Assembly: GCA_048128005.1 (NCBI GenBank)
Contig: JBEUKZ010000112.1
Location: 558,001 to 622,000 of the forward strand
Direction of reading: 5' to 3'
Length of the DNA stretch: 64,000 nucleotides
Source: Veleropilina oligotropha
Lineage: Eukaryota
Shown here: positions 12,575 through 25,427 of the stretch, piece after piece
Numbering within the stretch: the stretch's first letter is position 1
How the letters are laid out: the number at the start of each line of letters is the position of its first letter
Program-made: the position numbers and the translations under genes
Notes under the pieces: model-generated
What the model was told of the DNA's origin: nothing
What the model saw: only the letters and a program-made list of their open reading frames with translations
Databases searched by the model: none

Positions 12575-14224
12575 AATGACTTCTTGCAGACAAAATATAT
12601 GTTCAGCAAAGGTATCACGAAATGTTGATGTTGCTCCAATACTCCAGAGTCTGCCTCCAACAGATAAACTCTCAACGAAAATGTGGCCAGAGCACATATA
12701 CAGGTAGCTACCCGGAAGCCTTGGATCCCAGCCTACCACATATTGATCTGTTCGCACACGGATGGACTCAACTCCATATGTCTCCACCTCTTTGACGCCA
12801 ACAGCTGTTGCCGAAGACGCTAATCTCGTCTCCATTGACATACGTAAAATGCACAACTGTTCATGGCGAGGAGGTCGCTCCGGCAGCCGTATGGTATCGA
12901 GTGCCGACTGGATTAACTTCTCTGACAAACAGGAGTGAGTTCGAATGTTGATTGGGGCAATGGCATTCGTTATTCTGTTATCAACCAAAGTTGTCCGGAC
13001 GGGTTTCTCCATGCGGCTGTGATTTCCTCCCACGACAGCATGGACATGTCCTTCTTTGAACCTGTAGGTTGTAAATATACATGACATTGAAGCATCGATC
13101 CAATGCAATCATGTGACAGAGCGTGTCATGTAAATAAAAAGATGAGAATGCCACAACGCCGACATACCATTTAATGATCTACGTGCCTGTAGCGGTGGCC
13201 GGTCGTCGGTGTTTCACCAAAATACGAGGGAATGCTCTCAAGCAGAAATTGCGGAATCTGAGAATGAATAATTATGACGAATCTATAAATGACATTTAAT
13301 TATTGCAAATCAGCATCAATATGCAGTGTCCATCTACATTTATTTATTGTATTGCGTTTCGTTTAAATATTTTGCTTTATGGGAGAAAAAATATAACTCT
13401 CCCAGATATGTTGCATGTCGAGACACCCATATTTTCATTAATAAAAACAATTTTGCTTTAAATATTCGTTTTTAAATGAAACAAGGGTATCTCAGTGAAC
13501 AATTACTCCTATATTTTATGGACAGTTTTAGACACAAAAAACATCTTGCGCACGACTTAACAGGTTAAAAACTATTATTGGCGGCGATTTTGAATATTAC
13601 ATGATGGCTACACTACCCACTGTATTACCTAGTTTGCAACCAGTATAGTTATTTCATAATTTATCATTTGAGGCCGCGAATAGGTGTTTAGATTTCAAAA
13701 TGATGGGTGTCCATGTCTTATTAGACGATATCTCAGTAAAAATAAATTTGGGACTTAAGCCATTTTGAATTATTTGAATATCCCGAATATCTCGGCGGCC
13801 ATTTTGAATATTTCAAGATAGCTGCCCAACTCATTTGGACCTAGTTCGCAACCAATTTTGTTATTTCACCATTATAGCTTTATTCGTCGAAATAAAGTGT
13901 ACACTGTACGTATTTTATTGTTTCAATAATTACTCAAACGTATCGACGAACGAAATGTTATTGTATGGTAGTTGTGGATAAACTCAGATTGTTAAATGTT
14001 GTAACATCGAATCCATCTGTTGATAGCTAGATGTAATACGTACACCAAGATTCAATTAAAGTAATTCTGGATTTTAAATATGATTTCACAATAATAATTC
14101 AGGAACCTCAATGTTCCAGAAACGAAAACTGTGGCACAGGTTTTAGCCACAAGGAGGATCATCGACGGTGTTGAGGTTATCAAGTTACCAGGTATTGTCA
14201 CATCTCTGATCGAAATACTTCAGC

Positions 14225-14640
14225 GATACAATGGTTATAGTCACAACACCAAACGGCACTGGTGAATTTGGGATTGCAGCAGGAGTTCTACAAATGGACA
14301 TCCTAGCACCTTGCCTATTCATTATTGTGATTGGCTATGAAGTTTGGCTTCAACATCAGCAGAAGACAAAGAAAGAGAGTAGGACCAGATGCGTTAGCAT
14401 ACCTAGATTTCACCGACGACATGGAACTCATCTCGGATGAGACCGAGCAGGATCAACATATCCTACTCGTGTTCGAAACCAATGTGCAAAGGTCGGCCTG
14501 TGCCTCAACCATAATAAATACTTGAAAATGAAGACTGGAAACGATACAGCCTCTAACTAGTCAATGGTTTCAAATACCTGAAACCTTGAGAGAACGAAGG
14601 ATGTGAGAGTCCGGATATCCCAAGCTCGAATATCTTGTCC
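14225..14640 (+). mobile_element. LINE reverse transcriptase relic
   Basis: AGVLQMDILAPCLFIIVI and LAYLDFTDD in adjacent frames. Confidence 0.7.
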
Positions 14641-14843
14641 AGATCTCCATGCGAAGCATATGGCAAATAATTCAGGAAAACTTACTTGACTGAATGTTAC
14701 TTCAAGAAGGCAAAACGGAATCGAAAGTCAATTCATCAAAAGCAGCAAGAGGAGGAAGATTAGTCCTGTCAACTGGATTACGAAGCCGCGAATCTTTATG
14801 TAGTAATGAAAGCGTTCGCATAATAATGTTCGAATAATGGCAC

Positions 14844-14849
14844 TTTATT
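14844..14849 (-). promoter_or_regulatory. Candidate polyadenylation signal of the CCP-domain gene
   Basis: AATAAA on the minus strand about 250 nt after the stop codon. Confidence 0.4.
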
Positions 14850-15096
14850 GATTTCCATATCACACTTACCGATAAATGGCCGATGTTGGCGGTTTTCCAG
14901 GGAATACCAGGCTTACAGTCCCAGATAATATGGACATGTCCTGCATAGCATGACTCTGATCAGAAGACTTTTGGATATAGCCTAAACGTGAATAGGCAAA
15001 TAATGATAAATGCAAACACTATCCTGAATGAATTGAAAATATATAAATTTTGAAGCTAAATATGATAAAGATAAAAAACATAACTGCTGTACCATA

Positions 15097-15899
15097 TTAC
15101 GATCGTAATCGTATATTTTTCATTAAATATCTTAAATTATATCTTAAGGTGGGCAGATCCAGAATAATCACGAATACGAGCAACGAAATAATGGCGACAA
15201 GTCCAACGACGCCCAACACAACAGACCCGCTGGCCTCATGGACTCGTGGAGCAAATTTGGTGATTTTGGGGATAATTTCCATTTCACGTAATTTGACCTC
15301 ATATTTATCAGAAGTGCTAACATGCAATACAGTTGACGATTCTGCATGAGAAGATTTTCTTGGAATTAAATCAGTTACGGACAGGGTTTCATTACCAACT
15401 GTAGTTGAAGATTCCATTTTGAAAGACTTGTTTTGCTGGGATGGATTAATTAGGACATATTTTGTCGTTTGTTCAGTCTCATTTGGCATCGGCCTCTCGG
15501 AAGTGCGTGGTGTTTGGTGAGGTGTGGATTCCGACACATAGTCGCTGGATGTGGATGATTCCATTTCTGTGGTTTCCCGAGAACTAGATGACGTCATTGA
15601 TGGAGACGATTTCCTGTCAGTGGCCTCCCCCAATTCTGTTACTGGCGTTACGGTCTTCATTAATTCTGCCGTCGTCTGCTTGCTTGCATATGTTGTCTGG
15701 TACAGTTTTCCAGTTTGCGTCGTCATTTGACTTGAATATGTCATTGTACGATATATAGTCGGTGATGAAGATGACGTCACTGTACTATCCCCCATTTGTG
15801 TTACTGGAGAAACGGTCTTTGTAGAGTCTGCATCTGTTGTCTTTGACGTCATCGTACTCGCAGGAGGCGTATCATTAAGGGAATTAACAGTTGTTTCCT
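15097..15899 (-). CDS. CCP gene exon 7 (Ser/Thr stalk, TM helix, cytoplasmic tail)
   Basis: ttcctttttag acceptor; S/T-rich segment, then VVLGVVGLVAIISLLVFVIIL, then DLPTLRYNLRYLMKNIRLRS-stop. Confidence 0.88.
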
Positions 15900-18800
15900 C
15901 TAAAAAGGAAGACATAACCTCATTAACATAATGAAGAGGGGTGATAAAAAACGCACAAAGCAAGATCATATCTCTGGCACCACTACCGTCCAGAAACTGA
16001 TAAGAAAATCAGACCTGGCATTCGTTTAATGTAATTAAAAATCATTACATATTACCTTCACAAACAAGATCATTTCCAACCCAAACGCCCTTTTCTGTGC
16101 ATTTCTTCGACATCATTCCGCTAACCATCACGAATCCATCATCGCACGTGTATCTGACGCGAATGCCGATTTCAACACCGACCTGTTCCAGTGTGGTATT
16201 CGGGACTATAGGTGGATCTTGACAAGTCACTGAAACACAATATTAAAGGACAGGATTGCATCTTAAATTTACCCCCGACTGGATACGGCAGCCATAACCG
16301 ATTCATTCGAGATATCATAATTGCGCATTGCGATTAACGTAATAATATCGAGTACTTTTATTCTGCCATGCGAACTCACACGAAATGAAACCAACAGATG
16401 AAATCGTCATTTTTCATTGAAACGGCAATACCCATGGTTGAGGGGTTTGTGATTGTGGATGTTGAGTATAGCAAATACATATGATTACTACTATAGTATT
16501 TACGTGAATGCAGTTTTACCTAAATTTCGTTAATTAATTGCATTTCATTGAACTATTAATCAATTTCTATCATGAACATTTAGTGTGTGCTGATATGTGT
16601 GGTATAATCACTTTCTGATAAATCTATTGACGTTTCCATCCCTATTTACCTCTGATACATATCAGGTCTTCTCCCAACCATTCGCCCTCAGCAACACATC
16701 TCTTCCGACGGTTCCCGCTTTGTATGGAATATCCGTCTTCGCACGTGTAATTTACTTCTGCACCGAGGGTGACGTCATTACCATATATGATGGTATACGG
16801 TATGGACGGTGGTGCGTTACACGTCACTAATATTTGAAATTAAACAAAATGTGTTCAACAGTAGGTAGTATAGGTCATTGACGTCAGGACATTCAAACAA
16901 ACTGACGAGGTTGCCAATAGTGAAGAGCACGGAATCATTACACTCCTAGTGGACGCCTTAAAAGTAGTCTTACAGATTCTAAAGAATCGACTCTAAAGCT
17001 GAAAGATTCCTCGGAAGGGACAAATTTGTTTTGTAGGTAGAAAAGAGAAACCGTAGCCATCTTTTTAAGATGGTCATGGTAAAAGACGCATTGAGCATGA
17101 ACAGGACATCTTTTCATGTTATTTGGATTACGAGAAGAAAGCTTTCGACTGAGTACAATGAACGAAACGTCTAGTTTTTCCACGTGCGATTGGCATTGAA
17201 TGTCTTTACAGAAGAGTAATTGGAACCTGTAGGGCCTATAAGAACCATGGTACACCAGTGAAAACAGCAGGTATATATAATCAGATCCGCGAAACATTGG
17301 TCCAGGAGTAACACAGGGCTGCCAACTATCACCAGTATTGTTCAATTATTTACATAGAGCATTGGTAATGGAATCATTAAAAAACATTGAAGAGAGATTA
17401 CTAGTAGGAGGCATACCGATAAAGACATTGCGCTTTGCAGATGAGCAAGCAATGGATGCCAGCATAGAACACGGGCTCCAAGAAAATAATGACTACACGT
17501 AATGAATTTGAGTAAAGATAGTGCTTTCAATATTATTTCAAATTGGATCAAGTGACTGCTTTCAATTTTATTTCCTGCATGGACTAAGAACAGTATTATC
17601 AATATTTATAACAAAAATGGAAGCAACATTTTGTATTTATTAATAAAATTAAATAATTTGGTCTTATTCAATCATAATTCGACATAACATATTATTATAT
17701 GCACACTTTCGTTTCTCGGGCTTACCTTCAGTGCATATTATGGCTTCCCCGCCCCACAGGCTCGACGAATTGCACGTCAGGCGATCGTCCCCTCCTGTGT
17801 GATTAAACCCTGGATGGCACGTGTAGTTAGCGGCTGTGCCTATATGAAAATCACTCGTGCTCGCTTGGGCATTCTGGATACGAGGCGGGCTCAAACAATC
17901 GCCTTCTTCTATATCTACGGATTTGGATAAATCAATGAAGTATGAATATAAGGTATTGAAAGTAAAACAAGAAATTCTGCGGAATTAAATGTGTCGCCCA
18001 TCCCCGCTTACTTTGAAAAGGGCCACATTTTCAGTTTGTATACTAAGAATTCAGAAGTACAACCTATGTTTTTCTGATCCTAATATAGTTATTTTAAGAC
18101 TTAAAGTTTCAGAGAAACAGAAATAAATACAAAATATTATTATTATATGCTCGAGATTAAATATATTTAGCAGCCAAACCATGACAAAATAGTATCCCGG
18201 ACGATAGTCCGGGGATTAATGACTTGAACCTTGACCAGTTGAGGAGGGTGATATTAGACACTGGATTCAGTCTGTTCTTGTTATGGCAATAAATACTGCC
18301 ATCACAAGATACCCATGGAATAAACCAATGGGGAAGCCAGTTTTCAAAATCCATCTGATTTTGATAATCCCATCTTCTCAGCGTGACCATTAAGCTTAAC
18401 AGCTTACTGTGCCTATCGGCAGTGAGCAAATCTTACAGATAAGCATATGTCCCTTTCACCATACAAACATAATATTTACATAACGATATCTGCTGCTATT
18501 CTATCCTCAATATTTCAAGGCATAATTAAACTTTTCAGAATACCAGTAACTTTTATAGTGTGTAGGTATAGCAAAAATAAATCAAGTAACTTCTTCATAA
18601 TTTTTTTTTGAGGGGGGGGGAGGGGGTGAGCATGAGGGGGGGGTGAGGGGGGAAATCGGAAGGATTAATATACATGTATGTGCCTCCCTCAGCTCATACA
18701 CTTCTGGAGCATATATATATGGTCTAAGTTTAATTGAACTAGAACACATACTTTTTAAGAAACAGACCTAAACGTAAAAACTTAACGTAAAAACTTAACA

Positions 18801-21800
18801 CAGATTACAATGTTGACAAAGTCACAGTACATAAATTCTAGGTTATATATCAAGCATCCGAAGCATTCATTAAACAGCAGTGCGCATGAAGCATCTATCG
18901 TCCAAGTTATGTTGATCTGGAACTTATACTTTTTGAGAAACAGAGCTAAACGTAAAAACTGAACACAGATTACTATGTTGACAAAGTCACGGTAGGCCTA
19001 CATAAAATCTAGGTTATATATCAAGCATCCGAAGCATTCAGTAAACAACAGTGCCCATGAAGCATCTATGGTCCAAGTTATGTTGATCTAGAACATATAC
19101 TTTTTGAGAAACAGAGCTAACGCAAAACATTAACAATTGTTGACGACGCCGTCGACGACAGAAAAGCACTACCTATATATAGTCTCTTTCCCTACGGGCG
19201 AGACAAAAACTAGGTATTTTAAGTCTTAGAAAGACATTATTTACTTTCTTTTATATTGAGGTTTATCATATATATGCATAATAACAGGATGTTAAAGCTT
19301 GCAACATTCGCAAATACTGCTTTTGGTCCATTTGTAATTCTATCTCTGCGCTGCTATAATCCAGGATTCATTGGATAAATGCGCATGAAACGGACTGGTT
19401 AGGGCGACGTCAGTATCTGGTATATGCATGTTCACCATGTGTTAATGCACAACAGCTACATCTGGATGGAATAGGTGCCATTCCTACCGAACCTCTGCAG
19501 CCAAATCGTCTAGAGATGCTGGTTGGGGTCGAAACGAACGCATCTGCCTGAAGCATCTCAAACGTGCTTTATATGGTTCATGTCTGGGGGTTGATCAGGT
19601 TAAGGATGTTACACAACGACTGCTTGCGCCAGAAAGTTCACTGAAACACGCGCCCTATGTGGGGGAGCAATATCATTTTGGAAGACAAAGTTTCGGCCCA
19701 TTCCGTTTCCCGTCGGTACCACCACTGGTCTTATAATCTCAATGACAAAACGATGATCAGTCAGGTTCTCCTATATCGTAGGAGATGTATCCCCAAACAG
19801 CCACCCTCAACAAAAGAATCGTACTCTATGGTGGTGGGTCTGGCAACTTTCTCATTACGACGACGCCACACGCGTTTACGACCATCATTAAAATGTAAAC
19901 AGTATCTCGACTCTTAACTAAACATGACGTAGCGCCAGTGGTGCCGTCTCCGTCTATGATATTGCCGAGCCCACTCCAAACACCATCGTTTGTTGTTCAC
20001 AGTCATGGTCTCCCCATGGGACATTGTGACTTTAAACGGTAACTGTACAGTATACGACGTAAAGGTGGCGTTCGATAACCGTGTTCCTGTAGCCGTCCGG
20101 ATGCCCATCGTCAAATCGGGTGCGGTTACGAATCGATTCCTGACGGCAATGATCCTGTCGAGGCGGTCTTCTCTTGGGGTATTGTTTCCGGATTCTCCTT
20201 TCCCTGCCCCCCATATAAACATTCCCGGTCTGACGGTGTACTTAATTGGTACAGTCGCGAAATTACGCTCTTTCACTTGCCAAAGAACATGGACATTGAA
20301 TTTTGAGACTCTCCGACCTGTAACATTCCAATTTATCGTCATTTTTTGTTTATACTTAATCAAGGTGCATATCAATATGTGCACATGAGGTGGCATTTTT
20401 ACAGCAATGAGGACACTGATCAATTAGCGAATTTATATCCACATCTGCACGTGCACGGCATGTTCTTCGATGTCTGCATGATGAAATGACACAGTTTATC
20501 GTGTGACAAACCTAGCAGCTATGTAAGTATGGGCTCAAATAGCATTGAGGCTCCAACATGAGGTAACTTCATATGATTATTGACAACAACCATGTGTTCC
20601 TTCGTTTTTGGCGCCAAGTATAGCCACGTGGATGAGCGTGCGGACTCTGCATTCACACGCTTGACCGTCATGTCTAACAGGATTGCGTTCGAACCGTGTT
20701 TGAAGCAATGACAATCTTTGTTCAATAACAAGTCACATGTGCAACTGTCCATGACTGGTCGGATATGGCGGGTTTTCCTGGGCGAGCGTGTTATCCTCCT
20801 GCGATAATATTTGCTAGTCCTGACCTGAACCTGGAGGCTGTGAAAACAGGACATTAAGCATAGAACCAGCCAAAATTGAAAATAGGAGCCATGATCACTT
20901 GACTATTAATATTTTCACGTCTCCAGCGACATTTACCTCTGACACATATCAGGTCTTCTCCCAACCATTCGCCCTCAGCAACACATCTCTTCCGACGGTT
21001 CCCGCTTTGTATGGCATATCCTTCTTCGCACGTGTAATTTACTTCTGCACCGAGAGTGACGTCATTGCCATATATGATGGTATACGGTATGGACGGTGGT
21101 GCGTTACACGTTACTAATATAAAACAGACATTGGTGTAATTTAATTTGAAATAGAAAAATGAGTTTACATTGACGTCAACACTTCAACTTTCAAAATAAC
21201 GGATGAAGTTGCCAACATAATGTATTCAATTTTTTTTCCTGCATGGAATCAGGACAGTATTATCAACATTTTATAGGTGTTCTAAATGTAAGTAACATTT
21301 TGTATTTTGTAATAAAATTAAATAATTATGTCCTATATTTCAATAACAATCAGAATTTTACATAACATGGCATATAATGATGCACACTGTCGCTCCTCGG
21401 GCTTACCTTCGGTGCATATTATGGCTTCCCCACCCCACAGGCTCGACGAATTGCACGTCAAGTGATCGTCCCCTCCTGTCTGATTAAACCTGGGAAGGCA
21501 CGTGTAGTTGGCGGCTGTGCCTATATGAAAATCACTCGTGCTCGCATTGGCATGCATGATGTCGGGTGGACTCAAACAGTCACCATTTCCTGATATCGTG
21601 GATGTGTCTAAAACATGGATGTAAAAAATAGGTGCTAATTGTTAGAATGACGTACTTCCTGTATATTGGAGTGCAAGAAATACATAGTGATAGTATATAA
21701 ATTTGATAAAAGCATGATCACATGTGATGTCAATGGTCCGCTTCGGCAGCGCAGTGGGTAGAGTGTCCACTCTAAATTTACTGGCATGATTCTGCTAATG

Positions 21801-22524
21801 CGAACAGTAGCGGGTTCAATACCTGGCTGAGGCATTGAAATTTGTTCAAGTTATGAATCACAGTTGTCCGTGACTCACCGAAGAGGGCGGGTTTACCCGG
21901 GCGACCGGGGTTTCCTCCCGCGATAGCACGGACATGTCCTGCCTTGAACCTCGATGTTGTAAATATACAGGACATTAAGCATCATTCCTCCCGTGATGTC
22001 AATGCATCTGTCTGTACGCTGGGAAGAACCGGTAGTTGGTACGGAAAAAGATGTTAAAAACCGGGAGCAAGACTGTCAAGTGATTTGTACGTCGTAATTG
22101 TAATGTTATAGTCAATTTGTTTTGAAACAGGTAGCCAGTGAAGAGTTTTCAGATCTCTCGATACGACATTGCGTTCTTGTAATCTGGTCTTTGTGACTAT
22201 GCAAGCTGCTGTATTTGGAAACGCTGTATAGTGTTGATAGAACAGTATGGTTGATGCCGAAGAGAAGCGAGTTACGGGTATCAATTATGGATGAGAGTAG
22301 TTCGGGTGAATGACTGCCCGGGTAACTCCTATTTTTTCCAATATTCATGGAATAAAAGCAAAACATTTTGACAGATGTTATTGATGTCGGGTATCATACT
22401 TACATAGTATCATATCATACTTACCAATTGCCGCTACAATCCAACATTTGCTAAGTATTATGAAAAGAGTTGAAAGCATTATCACCGATGTATCTTCAAA
22501 AGTATTTAAAATCGTTTTCATCAT
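15097..22524 (-). CDS. Sushi/CCP-repeat mucin-stalk type I membrane protein, 7 coding exons, ~598 aa
   Basis: Exons 22524-22425, 21589-21407, 21113-20937, 17908-17726, 16826-16650, 16229-16056, 15899-15097. All introns are GT-AG phase 1. Total 1797 nt, open. Signal peptide + 5 CCP (C..P...YTC..G...C...W...C) + S/T stalk + TM. Confidence 0.85.
16056..16229 (-). CDS. CCP gene exon 6 (CCP5)
   Basis: VTCQDPPIVPNT...YTCDDGF...KCTEKGVWVGNDLVCE; CAG/GTAAT sites. Confidence 0.9.
16650..16826 (-). CDS. CCP gene exon 5 (CCP4, duplicate of CCP2)
   Basis: VTCNAPPSIPYT...YTCEDGY...WLGEDLICIR; TAG/GTAAAT sites. Confidence 0.88.
16935..17520 (+). mobile_element. RTE-like LINE relic in CCP gene intron 4
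   Basis: Degenerate LDYEK-AFD and GVTQGCQLSPVLFN; absent from the paralogous intron at 21114-21406. Confidence 0.6.
17726..17908 (-). CDS. CCP gene exon 4 (CCP3, duplicate of CCP1)
   Basis: EEGDCLSPPRIQNA...YTCHPGF...WGGEAIICTE; TAG/GTAAG sites. Confidence 0.88.
17966..19210. mobile_element. Helentron-type non-autonomous element with ~172-bp tandem repeats
   Basis: Starts aacaaga; repeats at 18720-19130; ends with gacgacgccgtcgacgac and a terminal gtctc...gagac hairpin followed by an A-run. Confidence 0.55.
19290..20525 (-). mobile_element. Tc1-like transposon relic
   Basis: Minus-strand fragments TPREDR...RNRFVTA, CLEWAR...WRYVMFS*ESR, FQNDIAPPH, PDMNHIKHV with stops and frameshifts. Confidence 0.8.
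20937..21113 (-). CDS. CCP gene exon 3 (CCP2)
   Basis: VTCNAPPSIPYT...YTCEEGY...RCVAEGEWLGEDLICVR; TAG/GTAAAT sites. Confidence 0.88.
21407..21589 (-). CDS. CCP gene exon 2 (CCP1)
   Basis: CAG acceptor; GNGDCLSPPDIMHA...YTCLPRF...LTCNSSSLWGGEAIICTE; GTAAG donor. Confidence 0.88.
21735..21992 (+). mobile_element. tRNA-derived SINE family; further copies at ~12985-13110 (+), ~20750-20860 (+), ~25028-25280 (-), ~29085-29260 (-)
   Basis: A box gcgcagtgg, B box ggttcaatacc; shared core ttgtccgtgact...tttcctcccgcgata...ttgaacct...aatatacaggacattaagcatc in all copies. Confidence 0.75.
22050..22370 (-). mobile_element. L2-clade LINE relic
   Basis: LKTLHWLPVSKQIDY...TYKSLDSLAP, typical of the L2 ORF2 C-terminal region. 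Confidence 0.7.
22425..22524 (-). CDS. CCP gene exon 1 (signal peptide)
   Basis: MMKTILNTFEDTSVIMLSTLFIILSKCWIVAAI followed by G|GTAAGT; phase 1 matches the next exon. Confidence 0.7.
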
Positions 22525-23243
22525 TATTATGTAAGATCATCGCAGAAGAGAAAGTAAGTCTTTACACTGTTGTTTCCCTATGATACAGCGACCTAGGTAT
22601 TAACATATTTGATCATAATAACTCACAAATTTTCGTAATCAGTTTTACATTATAATATAAGAAGGTTATGGTATTTCCACGGTATGCGAATTAACGTATA
22701 CAATCAAAGGACCGTGTGTTATAATTCTATAACCGGCCATTGATTTTAACGATAATGTACATTTTCATTGTTGCATATATACATGACCGATTCCTCATTA
22801 AAAACACCAAGAAGAGCATTACAAACATTTTATATATCGAAGATGACATTTTTCAGTAATGTACGTGGAACAATTACATATAAAATCAATAGTTATATAG
22901 AAGAACAACACAATCCAAAAACACATGGCCACCTAATCATCTTATTCAAACCCGATTCGATTCATACGAGGATAATGAACGCGGGTAAATACTTTATAGT
23001 GTAACCATGCATTCCTTATTGTCTCGAGGCATGCGTATTTCAAAGGTTCAGGCTTCACTAATATTTTAGAACAGGACGCAAAAATTACTTTTACACTCGG
23101 TTTGTAAAACAATCATTACGACAGTCTCTTTCGATTAAAGACTTCGCTTTATATAAACATATAATCTCTATGATATAACAAAATAACTAACATTGACAAG
23201 AGATTCATATTGTCTATACCTTCTTTGTATATGAAAAGTCTAA

Positions 23244-24105
23244 GGGTCGTATTCAGAAACGCCACTTTCCCTCAAAGTGAGACTTTCAGCGTGAAAGGGT
23301 CACTTAAGCTATTCAAGAACATTCATGTAAGTTTAACTTTTCGGATAGTTGAAGTATCAACTTTCCAAAGTGGTTAATCCCAAGTAATACTTGCAATGCA
23401 TTTCATAAACGCCACTTACAGCAAAGCGAACCTTTAAAAACAGAGAAAAGTGTCACTTTCTGAAAGTGTGATCATAACCACACTTTCCTGACAAAGTGTC
23501 ACTTTTGAAGAAAAATGTATAACTGGAAACGACTACACACAATCCGTATCGTTGAATCCATACATCCTACTAGAAATATAGAAGCCAATAATATCGGAAA
23601 TGAATTCGAAATGTGACACGCTTCTGAATTTTTAGAAAGATATCGTTTTGCAAAGGAAAGATTTATGCATATTTATCTTTTCAAAATACGAGTTTATTCA
23701 TCAACAAGTACGGTAATAATTTTCTTCTCAATAGTGGAAACAATACTTTTTTGTTTTTTTTGTTTCATATTATGAACAGTTATTGACTTTACAGTTATGC
23801 ATGCGCAAACGGTCTATGTCAACATGCATTCGAAAAGCTAATCACCACAGCGTAGTTTGCGTCCTCGTTATGGGGATATCTATTGTTATAATTTGTAACT
23901 AGGTCGGGCCTTTCGTGATCTTAGTGCCTACGACGACAAAGTGACACTCTGCTTGTCACTTCGCTTGACAAGGGGCCCTTTCTGAAGGGAGAGCAAAATG
24001 TCGTTCTTTAAAATGTATTCTGGTAAAGTTGAACTTTTCTTGAAAGTGCTACTATGGAAAGTGGAAGTAAAGTTTGAACTAGAGCGAAATTTCTGAATAC
24101 GGCCC
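23244..24105. mobile_element. Harbinger-type MITE, copy 2 (inverted relative to copy 1)
   Basis: TIR gggtcgtattcagaaa / tttctgaatacggccc; TAA TSD at 23241-23243 and 24106-24108. Confidence 0.9.
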
Positions 24106-25427
24106 TAAATGTCAATTTGTAAGTCAAATGGTATGCCAGGTTTAACAGCGACACAAATGTTGACCAACGTGCTATATACAACAGTTATGGGTACGGTACA
24201 TATAGTGTAAGGATTTAAAACAAAGGGTGCGTTTTGTCTTTTGTGTATATTTGAATTTTACTTCGCCTTCTTCAGATGTTTCACCTGTTCCGTCTCAATC
24301 CAAATTGTGGGTAAAGCGCGTTCCGCTCATCATGGAGTAACATTCGCGAGTCGTTCACCACTAGTATACCAAAGGTTTCACCTGCTTGCCCCGTTCCTGA
24401 CATACAGCACATATTCTGGGACTCATCGTAGGACTGTTTTGTCCATCATAACAATGCATAGGAAAATATCTTCATCATATTTGGACCAGATACAGTTCGA
24501 ATTTCTCTCTCGGTCATGATGTTCTTGGTGTATGAATCCACTATGGTGTTTGACGATATTGAAACTAGTTCACGAGTCTTGTGATTTCAATAAATAAGTT
24601 TCTTATTAACTGACTTGTTGGTTCTGAAAATTATCTAAATATAAAATACCGACAAAATATAAATAAATGTGTGATAGGAAGCTTTTCATAACGCGTATTA
24701 ATGTAAAGAACAATCAACGACCTATAACAGCGATTGCTTTTTTTATTATGTCCACATAGCGAATTTATTGATATAAGATATTTAGTAAATAATAATACTT
24801 GGACAATATTATCTCGACAGATAAATCAGTTTCAACGGCATTGACGAAGCGACACAGAGAATGGATTATTAGAGTTTCTGTCATTTAGAACAATGCTCGT
24901 ATTGGTAAAAGGATGATGTTAAATTCAAAGGCGCGTGTTAAATAAGTAATAGAACAACCAGTGTGCGAGTGTTGGTTTTCTTTTGTTAACCCAATATCAC
25001 AGTTTCGGGTAGACGCACAAAAGGGAAAGGATCGATGCTTAATATCCTGTATATTTTCAACCATCATTTGGTTCAAACCAGGACATGTCCGTATTATCGC
25101 GGGAGGAAAGCCCGGGTAAACCCGCCCTCTTCGACCAGTCACGGACAACTGTGACTCATAACTTGAACAAATGTGCGATGCTTCAGCCGGGGGTCGAACC
25201 CACTACTGTTCGCGTCAGCGGAATGAAGTCATTTATTTTCGGAATCCACAACCGTACCACTGTACTGTCGAAACGGCCCGGTAGACGCACAAGTCCTAGA
25301 TAAAGGGGAGGCCTCTGACGCTTCTGGGGTGGCCAAATGTCATTTCCCAGATGCTGGTAACAATTTTATGTTAACACAGTTAATTGATGTCATATATATA
25401 ACAACCATCATTTTGATAATAGTACAG

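Larger units (their letters stand above)
9270..13870 (+). mobile_element. Decayed Academ-like DNA transposon with nested RTE, MITE and SINE insertions
   Basis: ~9270-9530 is inversely similar to ~13530-13870. Peptide relics DNFDADIHSPN (~11410) and LQSLPPTD..NENVARAHIQV..HGW (~12640-12770) match motifs I associate with Academ transposases. Confidence 0.55.

Noticed and set aside
12524..13108. 194-aa minus-strand ORF
   Set aside because: It spans a SINE, the antisense of an Academ-like relic and a MITE end, so it is a chance ORF.
15900..15969. N-terminus MILLCAFF... of ORF 15097-15969 as a signal peptide
   Set aside because: It lies in the intron upstream of the acceptor at 15900; the phase fits splicing from the CCP5 exon.
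11740..24105. CCP gene captured as cargo of one composite transposon
   Set aside because: The outer flanks differ (AAT vs TAA) and each MITE has its own TSD.
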